A DNA stretch of 63,254 nt, the filler included. It is 5 parts of 5 records of this genome, joined end to end, with 100 filler letters (N's around TTAATTAATTAA, not from the genome) between each part and the next. Parts side by side here need not be neighbours in the genome. Positions count along the whole stretch, not along the records: positions 45,349 to 57,730 come from SRR31156797_828; positions 57,831 to 63,254 come from SRR31156797_994; 3 more parts are not named here. One strand, 5' to 3'. A program made the translations under genes and the position numbers. A model generated the notes under the pieces. That model searched no databases, was not told the DNA's origin, and worked only from the letters and a program-made list of their open reading frames with translations. This document shows positions 50,768 through 59,261 of this stretch, piece after piece (within the stretch, counting starts at the first letter, position 1; each line of letters starts with the position of its first letter).

Positions 50768-52003
50768 TCATTTTGCAATGTTTTTGTTTTTGTAAAAACT
50801 ATAAGCAAAATATGTCACTATAACCAACGTACCAATTACGATATAAATAAGTGAAATATCCCTTGCTGATGATAGGTTTATAACAGTTGCTAAATAAGTA
50901 GCTCCCATAGAAGAAAGCCCAAAGTTAAGTGCTGAAAATAGGCCTGATGCTGTTCCTGCATTTTCTTTAAAGTCTTCTAGTGCAAAAGCAGGGCAAGCAC
51001 TTACAAAAATAGTACAACCTACAGCGATAATAGCCATAGGTAAAACATATGTTTGCCAAATACCAAAAGATGAAAGAGCAAAGATTAATACTCCTCCAAA
51101 AGTATAAAATAAGATACCAATACTTACTGTGTTTTTTATTCCTATTTTTTCTACAACTAAAGGAACAGTAAAACTACCAATCATAAAAACAAAAGCTATA
51201 AGCATAAACATCCAACCAAAAGATACTTTTGATACACCTAAATAGCCAATCAAATATAAAGGTGCGATAGTTAAGAAGAACATAAATCCAAGAAAACCAA
51301 CAAGTGTAAGACTAAGATATAGTACAAAGTTTTTATTTGTCACTACACTTTTGTATGCTTCTATTGTTGACTGCTTCTCTAAGATATCATCTTTTTTGCT
51401 TTTTACTAAAGTCTCTGCTGTAAAAAGATAAGTCCATACAATACTACATAAACCAATAATAGAAAATAGAGTAAATACATATTGCCAAGAGTTTGTTTCT
51501 AAAATAAAAGCCCCAATAAGTGGTGCAGATACAGGGATAATTGCTAAAGAACCGTTTAGATAACTATAAGCTCGTCCAAGTTTTACTCCATCAAAGGTAT
51601 CTCTGATAATTGCAAATATTGCAGCAAAGCAAGCACTTCCTCCAAAGCTTTGTAAAGCTCTATAGGCTAAAAACTGAGTTGGGCTATCTTGAGTTATCTT
51701 TGATATTAAGTATGAAGCTATAGAAAAAACAACAAGTCCTATAAGAGCTACGTTTCTTCTTCCTATAATATCACTGATTCTTCCCCAGAACATCTGTCCT
51801 ATTCCCCAAAAAAGAAGGTAGATTGAAATAGCAAACTTAGCAACACTGTTATCACCTAGAAAAAAAGATTGAATGTCATTTAGTGCAGGTAAAAAAAGAT
51901 CAATTCCCATTGGAAGTAGGGTAAATAATGGTAAAGCTAAAAAAAGAGTCATAAAAATAGATTCACTGCTTTTGTGTCTCAAAACTGTATGTATATGTTT
52001 CAT
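50768..52003 (-). CDS. MFS transporter, Bcr/CflA (DHA1) family
   Basis: GIDLFLPAL, G..SD..GRR, RALQSFGG, IIRD, APLIG. Start reassigned to ATG 52003 after an AAGGA RBS. Confidence 0.9.
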   Translation of the reverse strand: MKHIHTVLRHKSSESIFMTLFLALPLFTLLPMGIDLFLPALNDIQSFFLGDNSVAKFAISIYLLFWGIGQMFWGRISDIIGRRNVALIGLVVFSIASYLISKITQDSPTQFLAYRALQSFGGSACFAAIFAIIRDTFDGVKLGRAYSYLNGSLAIIPVSAPLIGAFILETNSWQYVFTLFSIIGLCSIVWTYLFTAETLVKSKKDDILEKQSTIEAYKSVVTNKNFVLYLSLTLVGFLGFMFFLTIAPLYLIGYLGVSKVSFGWMFMLIAFVFMIGSFTVPLVVEKIGIKNTVSIGILFYTFGGVLIFALSSFGIWQTYVLPMAIIAVGCTIFVSACPAFALEDFKENAGTASGLFSALNFGLSSMGATYLATVINLSSARDISLIYIVIGTLVIVTYFAYSFYKNKNIAK

Positions 52004-52735
52004 AAAAAATCCTTGTAAGAGATATATAAAGTATGGAAGTGGAAAATAAAAAAGTGTACTCAATAAAAAACTAGTAGGAGATATATAATGAGAGTACACT
52101 TTTTTTATAGAGAGGGAAAAAATGAATTAAATTGTTAGCACAATCTCTATGGGCAGAACTTTAACAATATCTAACTTAAAAAACCATTACAGTAATAAAG
52201 TAAAGTAAGGACATAAAATATATATAGGGTAGTATAATATACTAATAAATGTTACATTTATAATTAAATTTCTAAATTTAAACAAACTTTAATATAAAAT
52301 ATTACATCTGTGACAGGGATGTGACAAAAAAATATTATAATCTTTGCATAAAAATATTGATGAAATTTTGTTGTGATTTCCATGGGAAAGCACTAAAAAA
52401 AAGAGTTCCATTACAGATAAAGCTTTAAACCTTAATGTTATGAGATGGGTGGTTTGAATTTAAATTTGGATGTAATTATATAAATTAGAAAGGGCAAGAA
52501 TGTAGTCAGTAGAAAAAGTTAATATATTAATCTGGTGAAATAGAACTAAACATTACTTTTAATGAAAAATAATATTTAATATTTAGTTGTTTAATATACT
52601 TAAATATGTTGAGGTATCTATAATCTAGATGAATTAGACAAAAATTACACTTTACCATTTTAGGGTAAGTTTCAAACATGATAAAAAAAGAATTAATTAA
52701 TAAAAATATTATAATATAACTTATAAGGATTTATC

Positions 52736-54892
52736 TTGGAAAATAAACAAGACATTATTAAGCTTTATGAAAAGTATGGTTTTAAATTTCTTGAAAACTC
52801 TTCAAATAGCGAATTTTTAGCATTTACATATAAAACTGGTTTTTTTCATAATGCTGAGATTATATCATTAAGCTATAAAGATAGAGAAGACATTTCTGAA
52901 GAAATGGAAAAAAAGTCAAATGGCCTAAAAAAACTAGGATATTCAACAAAAATATCATTTTATAAGTCAATAGAAGAAATAGAAGGGAGATTATTCGAAG
53001 GTTTTTTTACTACTAAAAGTTGGAAAAAAAGAATATTAAAAGAGTATACAGACTATACAGAAAAAATTATGACTAATCTTCCTAAGGATAAGTATAACTA
53101 TGAATATATAGAATCACCTTTTTTAAAAAATAAAATTAAAAAAGAAGATACAACAATAATTAATGAGATTTTTAAAGATATTCAAAAAGTCTCTCCTCAA
53201 CTAATTATAATTGAAGCACCTGCAGGTTTTGGTAAAACATCGACATCCTATGAAATTTTAAAAGAATTAGTTCATGATGAAAATATGCCAATGCCTTTCT
53301 TTACAGAGTTCTCTAGAGATAGACAAGCTAGAGTATTTAATCATATTTTAATGAGAGAAGTTGATAAATCTTTTCATAACATAAAATCAAATGTAGTTAT
53401 AGAGGAAATTAAATCAGGAAAAATTTTAATTTTGTTAGATGGATTCGATGAACTTCTTCATGACGATAGCACTGATGGTGATAAAGTGAGTGCATTTGAA
53501 AAAAATGAGCCTATGTTAGAAACAATTAGTGAACTACTAACTAATAAATCTAAAGTTATTCTAACTACTAGGAAATCAGCAATTTTTGATGGTGAATTAT
53601 TTGCTGATTGGATAAATAAATATGAAGACGAGTTTACAATTAATAGATATCAAATTGAAAAACCTGAAGTTAGACACTGGTTAGAAGATACTAGATATAA
53701 ACAATTAGGAAAAATATTTGATGATATGAATTTTATTTTGAATCCTGTTTTATTAAGTTTTTTACGTTTTTCAAATAATCAAACTTTTGATGAGTTATTA
53801 AATAATCCTTTAGAGATAGTAGAAAAATATTTTTCAGTAATGCTAGAAAGAGAAATGAGTAGACAAAATTTACCTATGAAAATAGAACAACAGAATAAAT
53901 TCCTAGAAATAGTTGCACAAGATATGTGTGATAATAATTATACATCAGATTCAAAAGAAAAAATCATTAATTTAATTAAGATTAAAGCTATTGATTTATT
54001 AAATGATGTCAGAGATAATTATCCTCCTAAAGATAGACCAACAATAGACAAGCTTTCTACAACTTTATCAAACCATGCTTTTTTTGATAGAAGTCAGCAG
54101 GGGGAAAACAATATTCAATTTATTAATGAATTTGTTTTTGGTAATTATATATCAAGAAATATAATTAATTCAGAGAATGAGTGGGTTTCAAGTGATGAAA
54201 GGTTTGTTGAACCAGCAGTCCTTTCTTATATAAGTAGAGAAAAAGAGAAAAAACTTTTACTTTGGGAAAAACTTAATTTTATGAAAGAGTTCTTATCTAA
54301 ATCTTCTCAAATGAAATATGAATCACTTTTAACTGATTGTGTTACAGAGGAAATTTATGATAATTCTGAAATTAAAAATATTTCTTTTAAAAATATAGAT
54401 TTTTTTAAGGAATCTACTATAACAAATAGTATTTTTATAGATTGTGAATTCATTGATATTAACTTTAATATGAAAATGTTTAATGATGTAACTTTTTCAA
54501 GCTGTAAACTTTGGAATTGTACAGTATCTAATATAAATGAGAATAAAGATAATATTATTTTTTATAATTGTGTAGATAATAATGAACTAATTGTTCAACT
54601 TGAAGATATAACTGATGATGATATATCAATTGAAGATAATAGTCAATCTATTAGTATTTATATATTTGAAGAGTTATGGCCAAAAGGGAGTGAAAAACTT
54701 GATAAACTATATTATTTTATTCCTGATTTATTAAGTAATTGTGAATTTACAAAAAAAGAGATATTGAAAGAAATAAATAAACTAAAAAGACAAGGATTAT
54801 TGCTAGACGGAAAGCATTCTAACTTTATTATGATAAATAAAAGTAAATTAAAGGATATAAAAAAGATTTTAGGAAGAGATTCAGATGTTTAA
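52736..54892 (+). CDS. NACHT/STAND-like P-loop NTPase with C-terminal pentapeptide-like repeats and a possible wHTH
   Basis: Walker A APAGFGKT (about aa 161), Walker B ILLDGFDE (about aa 233), sensor VILTTR, NPVLL, WHD-like QFINEFVFGNY; TTG start with AAGGA RBS. Confidence 0.8.
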   Translation: MENKQDIIKLYEKYGFKFLENSSNSEFLAFTYKTGFFHNAEIISLSYKDREDISEEMEKKSNGLKKLGYSTKISFYKSIEEIEGRLFEGFFTTKSWKKRILKEYTDYTEKIMTNLPKDKYNYEYIESPFLKNKIKKEDTTIINEIFKDIQKVSPQLIIIEAPAGFGKTSTSYEILKELVHDENMPMPFFTEFSRDRQARVFNHILMREVDKSFHNIKSNVVIEEIKSGKILILLDGFDELLHDDSTDGDKVSAFEKNEPMLETISELLTNKSKVILTTRKSAIFDGELFADWINKYEDEFTINRYQIEKPEVRHWLEDTRYKQLGKIFDDMNFILNPVLLSFLRFSNNQTFDELLNNPLEIVEKYFSVMLEREMSRQNLPMKIEQQNKFLEIVAQDMCDNNYTSDSKEKIINLIKIKAIDLLNDVRDNYPPKDRPTIDKLSTTLSNHAFFDRSQQGENNIQFINEFVFGNYISRNIINSENEWVSSDERFVEPAVLSYISREKEKKLLLWEKLNFMKEFLSKSSQMKYESLLTDCVTEEIYDNSEIKNISFKNIDFFKESTITNSIFIDCEFIDINFNMKMFNDVTFSSCKLWNCTVSNINENKDNIIFYNCVDNNELIVQLEDITDDDISIEDNSQSISIYIFEELWPKGSEKLDKLYYFIPDLLSNCEFTKKEILKEINKLKRQGLLLDGKHSNFIMINKSKLKDIKKILGRDSDV

Positions 54893-55739
54893 TAATAATA
54901 ATCTTATAAAAAATGAGATAGAAGACAAGATAAAAAATGCACTTGATAACGTAGGGATTATGTATAGAGTGTTTTCTAGAATAAAAGAAAATTCGTCTTT
55001 AGAAAAAAAACTTGATAATGAGCCAAATTATGGTATATCAAAAAAATTACAAGATTATATTGGTATCAGAATAGTTCTATATTTTAATGATGACATTAAA
55101 AATGTTAGAGACATAATATCTTCTTTATATGAAGAATCATCAAAAGATACAAGCATTGATGAATTCTCGAAAGAAGAATTTAAAGCAGTAAGATATAATA
55201 TTATTTATAGATTAGAAAATCCTTTAAATATAGAGAAAGACAGGGATAAGATTGATGATACTTTTGAGTTACAAATAAGAACAATTTTTTCAGAAGGTTG
55301 GCACGAGGTCGAGCATGATTTAAGATATAAATGTAAAAGTAATTGGAACTCTTATGACTATGAAAGTAGACTACTGAATGGTGTATATGCATCACTCGAG
55401 ACAAATGAATGGACAATGTTACAAATATTTGATAATCTTTCTTACCAGCATTACAGAAAAAGAGAGTGGAGTGCGATGATTAAACAAAAATTTAGATTGA
55501 GGTTCCAAGAGAAAGATTTAGACTCAGATATAATTAAACTATTTAATGATGAAAATATATCAAAAAAATTTTTTAGACTAGAACGTTCTAAGGTACTAAA
55601 AAAAATGCATGAAAAATCATTTTCTTACCCATTAACATTAGATAATTTTATTTATTTTACTAATTTAGAAAAAGTCAAAAATGAAAAAATCAAGGAAATT
55701 ACTCCTTTTGAAATGATTAATTGGTTTTATAAATCTTAA
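54885..55739 (+). CDS. RelA/SpoT-domain small alarmone synthetase-like nucleotidyltransferase
   Basis: SRIKENSSLEKK, QDYIGIR, FELQIRT..SEGWHEVEHDLRYK; no hydrolase, TGS or ACT domains; overlaps the NTPase by 8 nt. Confidence 0.85.
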   Translation: MFNNNNLIKNEIEDKIKNALDNVGIMYRVFSRIKENSSLEKKLDNEPNYGISKKLQDYIGIRIVLYFNDDIKNVRDIISSLYEESSKDTSIDEFSKEEFKAVRYNIIYRLENPLNIEKDRDKIDDTFELQIRTIFSEGWHEVEHDLRYKCKSNWNSYDYESRLLNGVYASLETNEWTMLQIFDNLSYQHYRKREWSAMIKQKFRLRFQEKDLDSDIIKLFNDENISKKFFRLERSKVLKKMHEKSFSYPLTLDNFIYFTNLEKVKNEKIKEITPFEMINWFYKS

Positions 55740-55769
55740 AACAAATGAAATTCTATACATAAAATATAA

Positions 55770-55899
55770 TATGAATTTATAAATGGCATTCAATACCCCA
55801 AAGCACTTTGGCTTAAAAAATACAAGCCAAGTGTTTTAAACATCAGCAGATGAGCAAGTCCAAGCTATATTTGAAACAGCTAATATAGTAGGGGATTTA
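55770..55899 (+). pseudogene. Frameshifted N-terminal remnant of a DUF2779-like nuclease gene
   Basis: FINGIQYPKALWLKKYKPSVL, then a +1 shift to TSADEQVQAIFETANIVGDL. Resembles the DUF2779 N-terminus (G.QCPK.LWL.K...FE.G..VG.LA) as I recall it. No start codon. Confidence 0.6.
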
Positions 55900-55994
55900 A
55901 TCAAAAGTGTACAAAGTAGAAGCCAAACTATGAATAGTTTCTCAAATCTTTCTAAGCTAAGAGAGGAAGTAAAGAGAAGATGAGAACTTCTCTT

Positions 55995-56321
55995 TTATAT
56001 ATTCAAGCTTTCAACTTTTTCTAAAGAACTTGTATCAATCTTTTCTAAAACTTTATCTATAGATTCTACCTTATCATCTAAAAACTCTATAAAACTTTTG
56101 TAGTGCTCTTTTTGTTTATGTTTTTCAAGAGACTCTCCACTATCCCACTCTTCTATAAAATAAAATTTGTTTTCATCCTCTTTATCTTTGTAAAGGTCAT
56201 ATTGAACAAAACCTTCATCAAAATCATGGGTAAGTTTATGCATCGCTTGCATAAATGGATAAACTATTTGTGTAAACTCTTCTTTAACTTTTATTTTTAC
56301 TGTAAATACTATATTGCTCAT
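55995..56321 (-). CDS. Antibiotic biosynthesis monooxygenase (ABM) family protein
   Basis: EGFVQYDLY.D......FYFIEEWDS..SLEKH....HY. Confidence 0.85.
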   Translation of the reverse strand: MSNIVFTVKIKVKEEFTQIVYPFMQAMHKLTHDFDEGFVQYDLYKDKEDENKFYFIEEWDSGESLEKHKQKEHYKSFIEFLDDKVESIDKVLEKIDTSSLEKVESLNI

Positions 56322-56483
56322 AAATAACCTTTGAAATTAAAATAATTTTAGCATTATACATTTGAAATTTTAAACTTAGATTTTTAGATTATATTAATAC
56401 AGTCGTCTTTTACTATAGTGCAAATATTAATCACTAGGATTTTAGAAAAACTTTAATATAATCCTAAAAATTAATTACATAGG

Positions 56484-56849
56484 ATGATTATGAATAAAGT
56501 AGTTCTAAAACTAAAAAGCCCAAAAAAATTTAGCTTATATTGCCCATTTACAAATGAAAAACTATATAACGAAGATAGTTCATTTGAAATTTATGAAGGT
56601 GCAGGAAACTATCTTTTTTCGATATGTGAAGATTGCCTTTTCTTCGATGCAGGAAATAATGAAGAAATCGAAAGATATTGGAACAATTCTGCTCTTGAAG
56701 CCATTGAAAAGTTTGTAGAAAACCATAAAGAAGAGAATATCTTAGTTATTGAAGTTCAAGATGATGAAGATACTTATTGGTATGGTTTTTTAAATGAAGA
56801 TAATATCGAATTAACAGCTCAAGAACTAGAAAAGAAATTTATTAAATAG
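56484..56849 (+). CDS. Hypothetical acidic protein (YCPF and CEDC motifs)
   Basis: Intact 121-aa ORF with AGGA RBS, co-oriented with the exonuclease. Confidence 0.65.
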   Translation: MIMNKVVLKLKSPKKFSLYCPFTNEKLYNEDSSFEIYEGAGNYLFSICEDCLFFDAGNNEEIERYWNNSALEAIEKFVENHKEENILVIEVQDDEDTYWYGFLNEDNIELTAQELEKKFIK

Positions 56850-56872
56850 ATAAAAGTTGATATAATCCCACC

Positions 56873-57397
56873 ATGATTATATTAGATTTTGAAACAAATA
56901 CAATGAACCCTCAAGATGTTATTGAGGCTGCTGCTGTTAAGTTAGAATTTATAGATGGAGACTTTAAAGTTATTGATAAGTTCCATAGATATTATCTTTC
57001 ACGATATCCAGTGAATCCTTACTCTTATGAGGTTCATAGACTTACCCCTGAGAAAATTATTGCCCATAGAAATGGTGCTAGTTATAGCTCTTTTTTCAAT
57101 GAAGATGAAGAGTTTATTGACTTTTGTTCTAGTGCAAATACTTTGATTGCTCACAATATAAACTTCGAGCTTAGACATCTTGATAAGCTTGTAAGTTTTG
57201 AAAAACACTTCTGTACTATGAAAGAGAATAAACATATAGTAAAAGCACTAAACAAAAATGGAAATATCAAAAATCCAAAGCTAGATGAAACTTGCGTTTT
57301 TTATGGGATAGATTTTGACCCACTTTCATATCATAGTGCTACATATGATGTGAGTAAAACTTATGAGATATTAAAATGTATGGAAAAGACTTTTTAG
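56873..57397 (+). CDS. DEDDh 3'-5' exonuclease (DnaQ-like)
   Basis: ILDFET, AHNINFE, HSATYD. Confidence 0.88.
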   Translation: MIILDFETNTMNPQDVIEAAAVKLEFIDGDFKVIDKFHRYYLSRYPVNPYSYEVHRLTPEKIIAHRNGASYSSFFNEDEEFIDFCSSANTLIAHNINFELRHLDKLVSFEKHFCTMKENKHIVKALNKNGNIKNPKLDETCVFYGIDFDPLSYHSATYDVSKTYEILKCMEKTF

Positions 57398-57430
57398 TAG
57401 TTTAAAAAATAGATATTATTTAAGAGCATA

Positions 57431-57463
57431 AAAAAAGCTAGAAGTGAAAACTCCTAGCTTTTT
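57431..57463. terminator. Bidirectional intrinsic terminator
   Basis: AAAAAGCTAG-aagtgaaaactc-CTAGCTTTTT between convergent genes. Confidence 0.8.
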
Positions 57464-57492
57464 AAGTGATTTAATTTTAAACAGTTTGTTTA

Positions 57493-57729
57493 TCATCCAC
57501 CATACATTAAGTTTGGTAAGAATAAAGAGATTTGAGGGATATACGTAACAAGTATTAATCCTACAAAAATCGTTAATGTCCACGGGAACGCGGCGACAAT
57601 AACATCTTTGATACTCATACCGGTTAGACCTGAGGTTACAAACAGATTCAGACCAACAGGTGGGGATACCATTCCAAGCTCCATATTTACTGTAATAATG
57701 ATACCAAAGTGAATTGGGTCAATTCCAAG
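57493..57729 (-). CDS. dctM: TRAP transporter large permease DctM, C-terminal fragment
   Basis: LGIDPIHFGIIITVNMELGMVSPPVGLNLFV...YIPQISLFLP. Confidence 0.88.
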   Translation of the reverse strand, partial: LGIDPIHFGIIITVNMELGMVSPPVGLNLFVTSGLTGMSIKDVIVAAFPWTLTIFVGLILVTYIPQISLFLPNLMYGG

Positions 57730-57730
57730 T

Positions 57731-57830
57731 NNNNNNNNNNNNNNNNNNNNNNNNNNNNNNNNNNNNNNNNNNNNTTAATTAATTAANNNNNNNNNNNNNN
57801 NNNNNNNNNNNNNNNNNNNNNNNNNNNNNN
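57731..57830. other. Artificial contig spacer
   Basis: N-run containing TTAATTAATTAA. Confidence 0.98.
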
Positions 57831-57931
57831 AAACTAGGTTAGCACTAAAAAGCAATTGGGGCAATATGAAAGATTTATAATTCTTCTACCAACATCCCTA
57901 CCGTTACCCATATCCCCCTGTTTTGTAAAAC

Positions 57932-57963
57932 AAAAAACCCTAAGTAACACAAATCACTTAGGG
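57932..57963 (-). terminator. Intrinsic terminator of the oxidoreductase operon
   Basis: CCCTAAGT-N10-ACTTAGGG with a minus-strand U6 tract. Confidence 0.7.
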
Positions 57964-57985
57964 CAATATCATTATTCTAATTAAT

Positions 57986-58519
57986 TTAAACCAGATTTAC
58001 ACCAGTTTCCAGTGCTTCTTTATTAATAGTTATCAGATTTTCTTTCTTTTTCCCCAGAACTTTCTTCAATGCTTGAAGTACTGAGTCAATTTCAACTACT
58101 TTTGTTATGCCTAGATATGCACCAAGCATAATCATATTGGCTATCTTGGAATTCCCAAGCTTAAGTGCCAGATTGTTTGCATCTGCATAGATAACCTTTA
58201 CATCATCTCTTTTAACTTTTCTTTGAATAAGAGAGCTGTTGACAATTATACAGCCTCCTTTTTTTACTCTGGATTCAAATTTATCAAGAGATGGCAGATT
58301 AAGTGCCAACAGTGCAGTTGCCTGCGTAACAATAGGTGAAGCCACTGCATTATCCGATACTATTACATGGCAGTTCGCCGTACCTCCACGCATCTCTGGT
58401 CCGTATGAAGGAAGCCATGATACCTCTTTATCTTCCGTCATTCCTGCATAGGTCAGCATCTGTCCTATAGACATTACACCCTGACCGCCAAAACCCGCAA
58501 TTATAATCTTTTCAGTCAT
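57986..58519 (-). CDS. 2-oxoacid:ferredoxin oxidoreductase gamma subunit
   Basis: MTEKIIIAGFGGQG, SYGPEMRGG, NMIMLG; ATGA overlap with the beta subunit. Confidence 0.92.
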   Translation of the reverse strand: MTEKIIIAGFGGQGVMSIGQMLTYAGMTEDKEVSWLPSYGPEMRGGTANCHVIVSDNAVASPIVTQATALLALNLPSLDKFESRVKKGGCIIVNSSLIQRKVKRDDVKVIYADANNLALKLGNSKIANMIMLGAYLGITKVVEIDSVLQALKKVLGKKKENLITINKEALETGVNLV

Positions 58520-59259
58520 TTTCTGTCTGCCTCCTTGTATACTCCTAGAGGATAATAAGGAATCATTTTTTCTTCCAGCCATTTGATTGCTTCCACAGTT
58601 GTCATTCCCCAATTGGTTGCACAGGTACTAAGCACCTCAACCATAGAGAAGCCTTTCTTGTCTATTTGGTTCTGGAATGCCTTTTTTATTGCCTTCTTTG
58701 CTGATTTAATATTCTTTATATTATTTACTGCAACTCTCTCTAAGTACGTTGGCCCCTCCAGCTGTGACAGCATTTCGCATACCTTTAATGGATATCCTGC
58801 TTCCTCTGGCTTTCTTCCGTATGGAGAGGTTGTAGTCACCTGACCAACAAGGCTGGTAGGAGCCAGCTGACCTCCAGTCATACCGTAGATTGCGTTATTT
58901 ACAAATATAACAGTTATGTTTTCATTTCTTGCCGCAGCATGAACAATCTCTGCTGTTCCAATAGATGCTAAGTCTCCATCGCCCTGATAAGAGAATACTA
59001 TAGCATCTGGTTGTGCTCGCTTTATTCCAGTAGCGACTGCAGGCGCTCTGCCATGAGATGCCGCACTCATATCACAATTAAAATACTCATAAGCAAACAC
59101 TGAACAGCCAACAGGTGCAATACCAATGGCCTGTCCTTTAATATCCAGTTCATCAATGGCTTCTGCTACTAATCTATGAATTATCCCATGAGAACAGCCT
59201 GGGCAATAGTGGAAGGGTTTGTCAGTTAAGGATTTTGGTCTATCAAATACTACTTCCAT
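58516..59259 (-). CDS. 2-oxoacid:ferredoxin oxidoreductase beta (TPP-binding) subunit
   Basis: YCPGCSHG, VGCS, HGRA, GDGD..SIG, NNAIYGMTGGQ. Confidence 0.92.
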   Translation of the reverse strand: MEVVFDRPKSLTDKPFHYCPGCSHGIIHRLVAEAIDELDIKGQAIGIAPVGCSVFAYEYFNCDMSAASHGRAPAVATGIKRAQPDAIVFSYQGDGDLASIGTAEIVHAAARNENITVIFVNNAIYGMTGGQLAPTSLVGQVTTTSPYGRKPEEAGYPLKVCEMLSQLEGPTYLERVAVNNIKNIKSAKKAIKKAFQNQIDKKGFSMVEVLSTCATNWGMTTVEAIKWLEEKMIPYYPLGVYKEADRK

Positions 59260-59261
59260 AT

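Noticed and set aside
52004-52099. 32-aa N-terminal extension of the MFS ORF
   Set aside because: A better ATG with an AAGGA RBS lies at 52003, and the extension overlaps a hairpin.
57834-57911. 25-aa minus-strand ORF with CPNC and a G-rich RBS
   Set aside because: Too short, at a contig edge and downstream of a terminator, with no independent support.
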